Part shown: piece after piece, positions 10,674 to 19,430 of the stretch
Layout of the letters: the number at the start of each line of letters is the position of its first letter
How positions within the stretch are numbered: the stretch's first letter is position 1
NCBI GenBank assembly: GCA_963828465.1
Contig: CAWHEU010000002.1
Location: 151,273-215,272 of the forward strand
DNA: 64,000 bases
Reading direction: 5' to 3'
Origin: an uncultured Acidobacteriota bacterium
GTDB taxonomy: Bacteria; Actinomycetota; Acidimicrobiia; Spongiisociales; ZC4RG35
The notes under the pieces: model-generated
Database searches by the model: none
The model's input: only the letters and a program-made list of their open reading frames with translations
What the model was told of the DNA's origin: nothing
Translations under genes and position numbers: made by a program

Positions 10674-11181
10674 ATGGATGACCCCAACCAATATCACTTC
10701 ATCAATGTCTGGCATCTGAATTTCCGGCCCGAGGAGGTATACCGCGTGCTCGAGGACATCGGCGGGTACCCCCGATGGTGGCCGGAGGTGCGACGGGTCG
10801 ATCGGATCGACGACAGCACAGTGCGGATCGTGGCCCGGTCTGTGCTCCCCTACAGCCTCACGTTTCAGGCGACCGACTCCCGGCAGGACCAAAAGGCCGG
10901 AGTCCTCGAGATCGCCATGCGTGGTGACCTGGAAGGGTTCTCGCGCTGGACTATCGAACCCGAGCGCTCCGGGACACTTGCGACGTTCGAGGAAGAGGTC
11001 ATCGCCCGAAAGGAGTCACTGCGACGGCTCGCCCGTGGTGGCCCGACCGTTCTTCCGGTGGAATCACGCGGTGATGATGCGCCACGGGCGACGAGGGCTC
11101 GGTGTCTACCTGGCCGGGTATAGAGCCGGCGCCGAGGAGGCCGACCAGCTCCGGAGTGAGTCGTCGGCCCAAGACGGATAG
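10674..11181 (+). CDS. SRPBCC/polyketide cyclase family protein (frameshift near 11030)
   Basis: YPRWWPEV, SVLPYSL, GDLEG; C-terminus ARPFFRWNHAVMMRHGRRGL lies in ORF 10921..11181. Confidence 0.7.
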
Positions 11182-11194
11182 CTCGGGACGCTGC

Positions 11195-11448
11195 TCAGCT
11201 CTTCTTCTTTCTTTCTTCTTCTTCTTGTCCGACTTCTTCTTGTTGGACTTCTTGTCCTTCGTCTTCTTCTTGTCCGGCTGTTTCTCCTGCTTCTTCTTGT
11301 CCTTCGGGCCAGCAGCTGGTTCGTTCACCACAGGTGAGGTAGCCGGAGCCGACAAGCGAGCCGCGGCTTCTGCACTTATGAACCGCCCCGTCGCAGGATC
11401 ACGAAATCTTGTGGAGGCCACCTCTTCACCCCTTCCTGGTTCGGCCAC
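11195..11448 (-). CDS. small Lys-rich basic protein (probable 1-nt indel in the AAG run; as assembled it reads on to 10999)
   Basis: RDPATGRFIS motif followed by repeated DKK(K) units; TGA at 11195-11197 directly after the Lys run. Confidence 0.5.
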
Positions 11449-11476
11449 AAACTAGCCATCACACTGTTTCTCGACG

Positions 11477-12184
11477 TCATCGAGACTTCCAGCTAACTAT
11501 TTCGCGGGCGTGCTCGACCTCGGCTTTGATCGACTCACTGTCTTCATCCGACAGCTCGATCGATGAGGCCGCGGTCAAGGATTCGATGGCAGCCGGCGCT
11601 TCTCCAAGCCTGGTGTAGAGCTCGGCCAGATACAGGAGGGCCCGGGCCCGTTCGATGCCGGGCGCGTCGGAGAATCGTTCCAGTCCATTCACGAGCAACC
11701 TGATCGCTTCCACATCATCGCCCTTTGCGTCGCCGAGCCTGGCCGCGTTCTCGATCACGCGAGCAAGACCTGTGGTTGTGTCTCGGGTCTCCTCGTCGTC
11801 ACCGAGCTTCGACACCCGCAGCCAGTTTCCGCCCGGATCGACCACGCTGAATCCCCGCACTGTCCCGTATCTCTTTCTCGGCCTGAGAATGCGAGGGATG
11901 CCTGACGCCGGAAGCTTTCCGAACCGCTCTCGCAACCCGGCAGCGAAGTCTTCATACAAGGTATCCGGATCCGACACCGCGATAATGACGCTGCCATATG
12001 ACGTCTCCGGGTCGAAGCCGTCGAGCCCGAAGAGGTGAATACGAATCTCGCTCAACTCGACGACGGCGTACGGATTGGGGCGCTCCTGGCGGTATGTCCG
12101 GTTGAACCCGAGCGCCTCATAGAACGAGATGGAATCGTCCAGATCGGCGCACGGGAGGATTGGGATTGTGATGGCCGTGGCCAC
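11477..12184 (-). CDS. VOC family protein with C-terminal TPR-like helical domain
   Basis: TIPILPCADLDDSISFYEALGF, FSVVDPGGNWLRV, then ARALLYLAEL helices. Confidence 0.75.
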   Translation of the reverse strand: MATAITIPILPCADLDDSISFYEALGFNRTYRQERPNPYAVVELSEIRIHLFGLDGFDPETSYGSVIIAVSDPDTLYEDFAAGLRERFGKLPASGIPRILRPRKRYGTVRGFSVVDPGGNWLRVSKLGDDEETRDTTTGLARVIENAARLGDAKGDDVEAIRLLVNGLERFSDAPGIERARALLYLAELYTRLGEAPAAIESLTAASSIELSDEDSESIKAEVEHAREIVSWKSR

Positions 12185-12186
12185 GT

Positions 12187-12621
12187 TTAGAAGTCGATCC
12201 GCATTACGAGTCTGCGGATGGGGCGGAAGCCTGCTCGGGTGACGAAACAGGTCACCCCCCACACCCTGTCGTCGTTCTTGTCCTCGCTTCGGCCGTCCCA
12301 GGGGACACGGGTGTTCCGCAGCAGTCGCGGATACGCGGTGCGTGGCTCGACCGCGCACCAGCCGACCGGCTCGCCGTCGAGAGAGGCCACCAGACCGCTC
12401 GTCGTGCCCGATTCGGGATGGCCACAATCGGTGTCGGAGCGAAACCGGAAGGCCAACTCCTCGGCGCCAACCGACGCCCAACTCTCTCCGGGCTCCATCT
12501 TGTATCGGGAGCACTGGCATCGAGCCCGGTCGCCGCGCGTGCCGACCACGGTCTGGAGGTCGTCCCAGCTGGCTTCGTTGGCGGGGACGATCGTCAGCGC
12601 GGGCATGGCCATATCTGCCAT
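12187..12621 (-). pseudogene. GNAT N-acetyltransferase, C-terminally truncated
   Basis: PANEASWDDL, CQC, GEPVGWCAVEPR, VTCFVTRAGFR, then stops before the RxxG acetyl-CoA motif; the next gene starts at 12184, leaving no room for the missing part. Confidence 0.55.
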
Positions 12622-12651
12622 GCCCGCACCGTAATGCTCGTTACCTGACCG

Positions 12652-15600
12652 TCAGCTACAGCCGGTCGTGTCCCCGCAGGTGAGGCAGACGTAGCAGCTC
12701 CCGTTGCGGATCGTCATGTGGCCGCAGTTGGAGCAGACCGGGGCGTCGCCCATGTTCTCCTTCAAGGCCGAGTCGACCATCGCTGCCGATCCGGCGAGGA
12801 CGGCCTCGGTCGTCTTGACAGCGGTTGTCCCCCTCCCGGCTTCGCCGGCACTCCCCCCTCCGGGGGGAGAAATAGGCCCGTCGAGGAACGCAACGGCGGC
12901 CTTCACCGCCTCGACGTCATCCTCTGCGACGGCGTCGGTGAGGTCGAGCTGGATCCCTGCTTCCACTGCCATCCCCGCCGGCGGCTCGGGAAGCTGCATG
13001 TCGCGGTCTGGTGGCACCTGGGCGAGCTCGTCCCGCTCCAGGTACTCGACACCGAGGGCCCGGAACACGTAGTCCACGATCGAGTTGGCCATCTTGATGT
13101 TGGGATGACCCTCGACCATGCCCCTCGGCTCGAACGTCTGGAAGGTGAAGGTGTCGACGAACTCCTCGAGCGGCACTCCGTACTGGAGGCCCTTGGAGAC
13201 GGCAATGGCGAAGCAGGACAGGATTCCCTTCAGGGTCGCCCCCTCCTTGGCAAGGTCGATGAAGATCTCGCCGAGGGTCCCGTCGTCGTACTCGCCGGTT
13301 CGGAGGAACACTTTGTGCCCGCCGATCCTCGCCTCCTGGTTGTACCCGTTGCGACGCGCAGGGAGCAGGAAGCGGGGCGGCTTCATCCCCTGGTGGTAGG
13401 CCTGGGTCGGTGAGATCCCGGCGGGGAGGTTGCCCCAGTGGATCGCCTTCTCGGTTTCCACCGCGGCCGACAGCGCAGGTGACTCGTCCTCGTTGTCCTC
13501 GCCCTCGTCGGAGGTGGAGTTGAGCGGCTGGGCCGCCTTGGACCCATCTCTGTAGAGGGCCATCGCCTTGAGGCCCCATTCCCAGGACATCCGGTACGAC
13601 TCCTCGATATCCTCGACCGTGATCTCGTGGGGCATGTTGATCGTCTTGCTGATCGCTCCCGAGATGAACGGCTGGGCGGCCGCCATCATCTTGATGTGCC
13701 CGTAGTGGTGGATGAACCGGGTGCCGTACTTCCCGTTCCTGTTGGCGGTGTCGAAGACGGCGAGATGCTCGTCGGCGATGTGTGGTGCGCCCTCGATGGT
13801 CTGACGGCCACAGATGTGGTCGTTCGCCTCGCTTATCTCCGCCGAGGTGAACCCGAGCGCCTTGAGCAGGTTGAATTCCCAGCCGGTGTACTCGTCGACC
13901 CCAAAGCCGAGACGCTGCAGCGTGCTCTCACCGAAGGTGAAGACGTTGAAGGCATGCTTGAGCTCGAACACCGCAGGCAATGCCTTCTCCAACTTGGCCA
14001 GGTCCTCGTCGTCGAAGCCCTTGTCCGTGAGCGTCTCGCGGTTGATGTGGGGCGCCCCATCGATCGAGCTGGTGCCGACGATGTACTCGACGACATCCTT
14101 GATCTGGCTTTCTTCGTAGCCCAGGTGTCGTAGCGACGGCGCCACCGACTGATTGGCGATCTTGAAGTAGCCGCCGCCCGCCAGCTTCTTGAACTTGACC
14201 AGGGCGAAGTCGGGCTCGACACCGGTGGTGTCACAGTCCATCAAGAGGCCGATTGTCCCGGTCGGTGCGATGACGCTGGACTGGGCGTTGCGATAGCCGT
14301 GCTCCTCTCCCTGCTCCAGAGCCAGGTCCCACGAACTGCGGGCCGCGGCGAGGAAGTCGGGCGGGCACAGGTCGGGGTCGATGGCCATCACCTTGTGACT
14401 GACACCTTCGTAGTCGCTGTCGCCGTAGGCGGCGCGGCGATGGTTGCGGATCACCCGGAGCATCGCTTCCCGGTTCTCGGGGAAGCGGGGGAATGGCCCG
14501 ACCACAGCGGCCATCTCGGCCGAGGTCGCGTAGGAGTATCCGGTGAGGATGGCGGTCAGCGCCCCGCTGATGGCCCGGCCCTCGTCGGAGTCATAGGCGA
14601 TGCCCTGACGCATCAGGAGCGACCCGAGGTTGGCGTAGCCCAGGCCGAGCGTCCGGTAGTCGTACGAGCCCTGTGCGATCTCGGGGGAGGGGAAATGCGC
14701 CATGGCCACCGAGACCTCGAGCACGATGGTCCAGAGCCGGACGGCGTGTTGATAAGCCTCGAGGTCGAAGACACCGGTCTGGTCGTCGTGAAACCTGACC
14801 AGGTTGATCGACGCCAGGTTGCACGCGGTGTCGTCGAGGAACATGTACTCAGAGCAAGGGTTGGACGCCCGGATCCGGCCACCGGCCGGTGAGGTGTGCC
14901 ACTCATTGACCGTGGTGTCGAACTGGAGACCGGGGTCGGCGCAGGCCCAGGCGGCCTCGGCGATCGTGTCCCAGAGATCGCGCGCCTTGATCGTCTTGCG
15001 GACCGAACCGTCGGTCCGGTTGATCAGATCCCAGTCGCCGTCGTCGATCACGGTTTGGATGAAATCGTTGGTGACCCGAACCGAGTTGTTTGAGTTCTGC
15101 CCGGAGACCGTGGCGTAGGCGTCTCCGTTGAAGTCGGCGGGGAGGCCACCGTGGTTGATCAGCACCCGGGCCTTGTCCTCTTCGACCTTCTTCCAGTCGA
15201 TGAACCTCTCGATGTCGGGGTGATCGACATCGAGGATCACCATCTTGGCGGCGCGTCTGGTAGTTCCCCCTGACTTGATCGCCCCGGCGGCCCGGTCACC
15301 GATCTTGAGGAAGGACATGACACCCGACGACTTGCCGCCACCGGAGAGTCGCTCGTTCTCGGCGCGGATGTGGGAGAAGTTGGAGCCGGCGCCCGAGCCA
15401 AACTTGAAGATACGAGCCTCGCGGACCCAGAGGTCCATGATCCCGCCCGGGTTCACCAGGTCGTCCCTGACGCTGAGTATGAAGCAGGCGTGGGGGGCGG
15501 GGCGGCTGTAGGAGTCGGGAGAGGCCTTGAGCTCGCCGTCGGCGCCGTCGACGTACCAGAAGCCCTGGGCGGGCCCGGTCAGACCGTAGGCCCAGTTGAG

Positions 15601-16044
15601 ACCGGTGTTGAACCATTGCGGAGAGTTGGGCGCCGCCATTTGGTTGGCCAGCATGTACTTGAGCTCGTCTTCGAATGCGACACCGTCATCGCTGGTCGCG
15701 AAGTAGCCCTCCTTCTCACCCCAGTGCCGCCAGGTGCCGGCGAGACGACTGAACACCTGCTTGGCCGACCGCTCCGGCCCGAGCACCGGCTGGCCGCTCT
15801 CGTCGAAGACCTGGGTCCCGTCATCGTCGAACTGGGGGACACCGGCCTTGCGGAAGTACTTGGACACCATGATGTCCGAAGCCACCTGGCTCCAACCTGC
15901 CGGGATCTCCGCGTCGGTCATCTCGAACACTGTCGAGCCATCCGGGTTGGTGATCCTCGAGTCGCGTCTGGACCATTCGAGCTTGTCGAATGGGTCCTTG
16001 CCGGCCTCGGTGAAGCGACGGGTGATCCGCAGGCCTTTGCTCAT
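12652..16044 (-). CDS. nrdJ: vitamin B12-dependent (class II) ribonucleotide reductase
   Basis: PNSPQWFN, HACFI, GGTTRRAAKM, SNPCSEY, IAPTGTI, SGAISKTIN, TSCPD-like domain and C-terminal CSNCG...CLTCGDTTGCS. Confidence 0.97.
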   Translation of the reverse strand: MSKGLRITRRFTEAGKDPFDKLEWSRRDSRITNPDGSTVFEMTDAEIPAGWSQVASDIMVSKYFRKAGVPQFDDDGTQVFDESGQPVLGPERSAKQVFSRLAGTWRHWGEKEGYFATSDDGVAFEDELKYMLANQMAAPNSPQWFNTGLNWAYGLTGPAQGFWYVDGADGELKASPDSYSRPAPHACFILSVRDDLVNPGGIMDLWVREARIFKFGSGAGSNFSHIRAENERLSGGGKSSGVMSFLKIGDRAAGAIKSGGTTRRAAKMVILDVDHPDIERFIDWKKVEEDKARVLINHGGLPADFNGDAYATVSGQNSNNSVRVTNDFIQTVIDDGDWDLINRTDGSVRKTIKARDLWDTIAEAAWACADPGLQFDTTVNEWHTSPAGGRIRASNPCSEYMFLDDTACNLASINLVRFHDDQTGVFDLEAYQHAVRLWTIVLEVSVAMAHFPSPEIAQGSYDYRTLGLGYANLGSLLMRQGIAYDSDEGRAISGALTAILTGYSYATSAEMAAVVGPFPRFPENREAMLRVIRNHRRAAYGDSDYEGVSHKVMAIDPDLCPPDFLAAARSSWDLALEQGEEHGYRNAQSSVIAPTGTIGLLMDCDTTGVEPDFALVKFKKLAGGGYFKIANQSVAPSLRHLGYEESQIKDVVEYIVGTSSIDGAPHINRETLTDKGFDDEDLAKLEKALPAVFELKHAFNVFTFGESTLQRLGFGVDEYTGWEFNLLKALGFTSAEISEANDHICGRQTIEGAPHIADEHLAVFDTANRNGKYGTRFIHHYGHIKMMAAAQPFISGAISKTINMPHEITVEDIEESYRMSWEWGLKAMALYRDGSKAAQPLNSTSDEGEDNEDESPALSAAVETEKAIHWGNLPAGISPTQAYHQGMKPPRFLLPARRNGYNQEARIGGHKVFLRTGEYDDGTLGEIFIDLAKEGATLKGILSCFAIAVSKGLQYGVPLEEFVDTFTFQTFEPRGMVEGHPNIKMANSIVDYVFRALGVEYLERDELAQVPPDRDMQLPEPPAGMAVEAGIQLDLTDAVAEDDVEAVKAAVAFLDGPISPPGGGSAGEAGRGTTAVKTTEAVLAGSAAMVDSALKENMGDAPVCSNCGHMTIRNGSCYVCLTCGDTTGCS

Positions 16045-16126
16045 GAAACGTGCCTCCTCGCACTGGGTGCGCCCCCTTCAGGATAAGGGGCGGGGTCCAT
16101 TGCCAAAGTGTCGATTCTCAACTCAA

Positions 16127-16174
16127 ACCACAAGATGTAGTGGTCGAGGGGGAAGTGACCACGACATCTTGTAT
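16127..16174. promoter_or_regulatory. tandem NrdR boxes upstream of nrdJ
   Basis: ccacaagatgtagtgg (16128) and ccacgacatcttgtat (16159), starts 31 bp apart, resembling acaCwAtATaTwGtg. Confidence 0.8.
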
Positions 16175-16221
16175 GGACGCCACTACTGTAATTACAACCA
16201 TGTCATGGGTCAAGTGTTTCG

Positions 16222-16230
16222 TTATCCACA
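16222..16230 (+). promoter_or_regulatory. perfect DnaA box TTATCCACA upstream of nrdJ
   Basis: Exact 9-mer in the intergenic region about 50 bp from the NrdR boxes. Confidence 0.5.
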
Positions 16231-16450
16231 GGCCCCGAGAACTGCCGAGAGCGCGAAAATCGCCGCTCTGACCAGGGAAGTTGACCGCCTCAGACCCGTG
16301 CTTGGGGAAGCCACCGCACCCTAGATCGCTGGCCGAGATCAGACCACCCGCGTCGCTTCAGAGATTTCGCGACCCGGTCACGGCGCTTCGACGTGGAGCC
16401 GACCTCGGGTTTCGGCGGGCCGTCGTAACGGGTAAGTATCGAAGCCACCG

Positions 16451-17227
16451 ATGGATTTTGCTTCTTTCAACGTGTCTGAACCCGATGTTCTCATCGCCGC
16501 CGCGGTCCACAACGGGCACGATCTCCGGCCTGAACTCGCTGCCGTGACCGCCATCGACGGCGCAACTCGGCTGCGAGAGGAAGACCCGCACACGGGCCGC
16601 ATCGCTGCCAGGTTCACCAACAGTGTGGTGGTCCATCGCTCCCGCTTCGAGGTGGACCTCAATCGGGACAGACACGAGGCGGTCTATGCGAGCCCCGAGG
16701 CCGCGTGGGGCCTCGACGTTTGGCGGCGGAATCTCACCAAAGACGAAGTCTCAGCCTCGCTCGCCCTCTACGACCGGTTCTATGGCGATCTGGCCCAACA
16801 CCTCGACCGACTGGTTGCAGACAACGGTGGATTCGTCCTCTACGACATCCACTCGTACAACCATCGACGGCTGGGTCCTGACGCCCCTCCCGACCCTGTC
16901 GAGGAGAGCCCTGTCGTCAACCTGGGCACCGGATCACTGCCCGTGAAATGGAAGCCAGTTGCCGATGCGTTCATGGAGAGTCTCCGGTCCGAGACTTTCC
17001 ACGACGCCGATCTCGATGTTCGGGAGAACGTGAGGTTCGAGGGCCGCCATCTGGCCAGGTGGGTTCATGAGAACTACGGCGATGTGGGATGCGCCCTGGC
17101 CATCGAGCTGAAGAAGGTGTTCATGGACGAGTGGACCGGCGAGCTCGACCTGGAACGGATGTCGCAGCTCGGAGATGCACTGATGGCCTCGGGCCCTGTG
17201 GTTCGGAAGGCCTGGAGCCTGGCATGA
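16451..17227 (+). CDS. N-formylglutamate amidohydrolase family protein
   Basis: AVHNGH, REEDPHT, SRFEVDLNR, YDIHSYNHRR, NLGTGS, AIELKK. Confidence 0.85.
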   Translation: MDFASFNVSEPDVLIAAAVHNGHDLRPELAAVTAIDGATRLREEDPHTGRIAARFTNSVVVHRSRFEVDLNRDRHEAVYASPEAAWGLDVWRRNLTKDEVSASLALYDRFYGDLAQHLDRLVADNGGFVLYDIHSYNHRRLGPDAPPDPVEESPVVNLGTGSLPVKWKPVADAFMESLRSETFHDADLDVRENVRFEGRHLARWVHENYGDVGCALAIELKKVFMDEWTGELDLERMSQLGDALMASGPVVRKAWSLA

Positions 17228-18379
17228 GTGTCGGGGAGATCGACCTTGCCATCGACCGCCGTCTGAGCGAGATCTGCGGACAGCTTCCGATGCTCCGGCT
17301 GCTCACACCGATCAATGTGCCCGAGCAGCGAAGGACGTTCCTGGAAGGAGACGTCGAAGAACCCGAATTCACCTATCGGGATCTCCCAGATCTGGACGGT
17401 CTCGCCGATGAACTGGCCGCCATCAACCCGGAGGAAGCGACAGACCCGGTGCTCATCCACATGATCCGGGGCATGCACCGAGAGCTGGAACGTCGCCTCG
17501 AGCTGTTGTCGTCGAGGAACACCGATCAATTCCTCCTCGCAGCCGTCGAGCAATACGGGCATGTCGAGACGCCCCTATTGGCACTGGCACATCGGGTGCT
17601 CGACGAAATCCCGCCGGGACCCCGCGCTGATGTGTACATCGACGCCCACGATCTGGCGGGGAGGGCCAACGTCGAGCTCGAGCACTATCGCCGAACATTC
17701 CCCGAGCTCTCGACGCTGGTGCATGTCAGTGAGGCGGTGGCCGGTGTGATGGTGGAGAACGGGGATCTGTTCATCGGCATCGACACATCGATCGCCGGAG
17801 ACCGGGTGGAGCAACTCCTTCACCACGAGATCGGCGTTCACGTGGTCACCTACGTCAACGGGAGCGCACAGCCGATTCGGATGCTGTCGCTCGGTCTAGT
17901 CCGGATACGAGGAGACCCAGGAGGCCCTCGGCGTTCTCGCCGAGCACCTCGGTGGGGGTCTTCGCCCGAAGCGGCTGCGCGCCTTTGCGCTTCGGGTGGT
18001 GGCCGCAGACTCGGTCAGCGGGCGGGCCACCTTCCGGGAGACATACGACAGGCTGACGGATCTCGGCGCCGGGCGAAACAGGGCCTTCACCACAGCGATG
18101 CGGGCCCATCGGTCCGGGGGGATGACGAAGGACGCCCTCTATCTCGGCGGGCTGACCAGGCTCCTCACCTACCTCCAGGAGGGTGGCCGGCTCGATCCGC
18201 TCCTGGTCGGCAAGATATCCTTGGCCGACGAGCCGCTGGTCGCCGATCTCCTGGAAAGGGGTGTCCTGGTCGACCCGCCGCTCAGGCCCCGATTCCTGGA
18301 ATCGAGAGACGCGCTCGATCGACTGGCCAGGATCCAGCAGGGCGCCGGGATCATGGAGCTGGGAGGTGTCGCCGCGTGA
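17224..18379 (+). CDS. DUF1704 / QEGLA-motif metallopeptidase (MATCAP-like; frameshift near 17898)
   Basis: HHEIGVH (HExxxH); after the shift GYEETQEALGVLAE and GGMTKDALYLGG; ATGA overlap with the upstream gene. Confidence 0.8.
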
Positions 18380-19422
18380 AGGTCGGGATGGTCGTCAACG
18401 ACGTGATCACGGAGCATCCGGAGTACAGCACCACCCGGCTCGCATTGGCCGCCCAGAAGCGGGGCCACGAGGTGTGGCTGATGGGTGTCGGCGACCTGGC
18501 GCACACTTCGTCCGGCGAAGTGACCGCCCGGGCGCGTAGCCCTCTGGACAAGACGTATCGCTCTTTGAAGAGCTTCCTCGAGGATGTCCAGCGCGACGAC
18601 GTGGACCCCGAGCTGATCACTGTCGACGAGCTCGATGTCCTCATGCTCCGCAATGACCCGGCTGAGGACGCCACCGATCGACCCTGGGCGCAGGCCTCGG
18701 GTGTGCTCTTCGGTCAACTTGCTGCCGCGGCAGGAGTGGTGGTCGTGAACGACCCCGTTCATCTCGCCGACGCGATCAACAAGACCTACTTCCAGCACTT
18801 CCCGGAGGAGATCCGACCCCGGACTCTCATCTCGCGGACGGTCGGGGACATCAAGGACTTCGTCGACGATCTCGGGGGACGGGCGGTGCTCAAGCCACTA
18901 CAGGGCTCGGGTGGCCAGAGCGTCTTCGTCATCGCGGGCAAGAAGGGCCAGAACGTGAATCAGATCATCGAGACCATCACCCGCGACGGCTATGTGGTGG
19001 TCCAGGAATTCCTCGCGGATGCGGAGAGAGGTGATGTGCGCCTCTTCGTGATGAATGGGAAGCCCCTAGAGGTGGGCGGGAAGGTCGCCGCCTTCCGTCG
19101 GGTCAACGAGGGCGACGATGTCCGCTCCAACATGCATGTAGGGGGCAAGGCTCAAAAGGTGAAGATCACCGAGGAGATGCTCCACGTCGTCGACCTGGCA
19201 CGGCCCAAGCTCATCGAAGACGGCATGTTTCTCGTTGGGCTCGACATCGTCGGGGCCAAGATGATGGAGGCCAATGTCTTCAGCCCTGGCGGGCTGGGAA
19301 GCGCCAGCGCGCTGCACGAGGTCGACTTCGCCGGCGCAGTTGTGGATGCCCTGGAGAGAAAGGTCGAGATCCGGGCAACCTACGGGCGGTCGCTGCCCAA
19401 CGCTTCGCTCGCCACGATGTAG
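18376..19422 (+). CDS. glutathione synthetase (GshB)-like ATP-grasp ligase
   Basis: LMLRNDP, VVNDP, VLKPLQGSGG, VVQEFL, GDVRLF, RSNMHVGG, VGLDIVG, EANVFSPGG; GTGA overlap. Confidence 0.85.
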   Translation: MKVGMVVNDVITEHPEYSTTRLALAAQKRGHEVWLMGVGDLAHTSSGEVTARARSPLDKTYRSLKSFLEDVQRDDVDPELITVDELDVLMLRNDPAEDATDRPWAQASGVLFGQLAAAAGVVVVNDPVHLADAINKTYFQHFPEEIRPRTLISRTVGDIKDFVDDLGGRAVLKPLQGSGGQSVFVIAGKKGQNVNQIIETITRDGYVVVQEFLADAERGDVRLFVMNGKPLEVGGKVAAFRRVNEGDDVRSNMHVGGKAQKVKITEEMLHVVDLARPKLIEDGMFLVGLDIVGAKMMEANVFSPGGLGSASALHEVDFAGAVVDALERKVEIRATYGRSLPNASLATM

Positions 19423-19430
19423 GCGGGGGA

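Noticed and set aside
12652-16044. Intein or intron in the long nrdJ
   Set aside because: No splice-junction or homing endonuclease motifs; the length is explained by normal insert and C-terminal domains
16230-16450. Cobalamin riboswitch near nrdJ
   Set aside because: No B12-box or other conserved core could be recognised on either strand
17089-19422. 777-aa ORF appearing to fuse the DUF1704 N-half to the ATP-grasp ligase
   Set aside because: Artifact of the indel near 17898; the middle is off-frame nonsense and the ligase has its own SD and GTG at 18376
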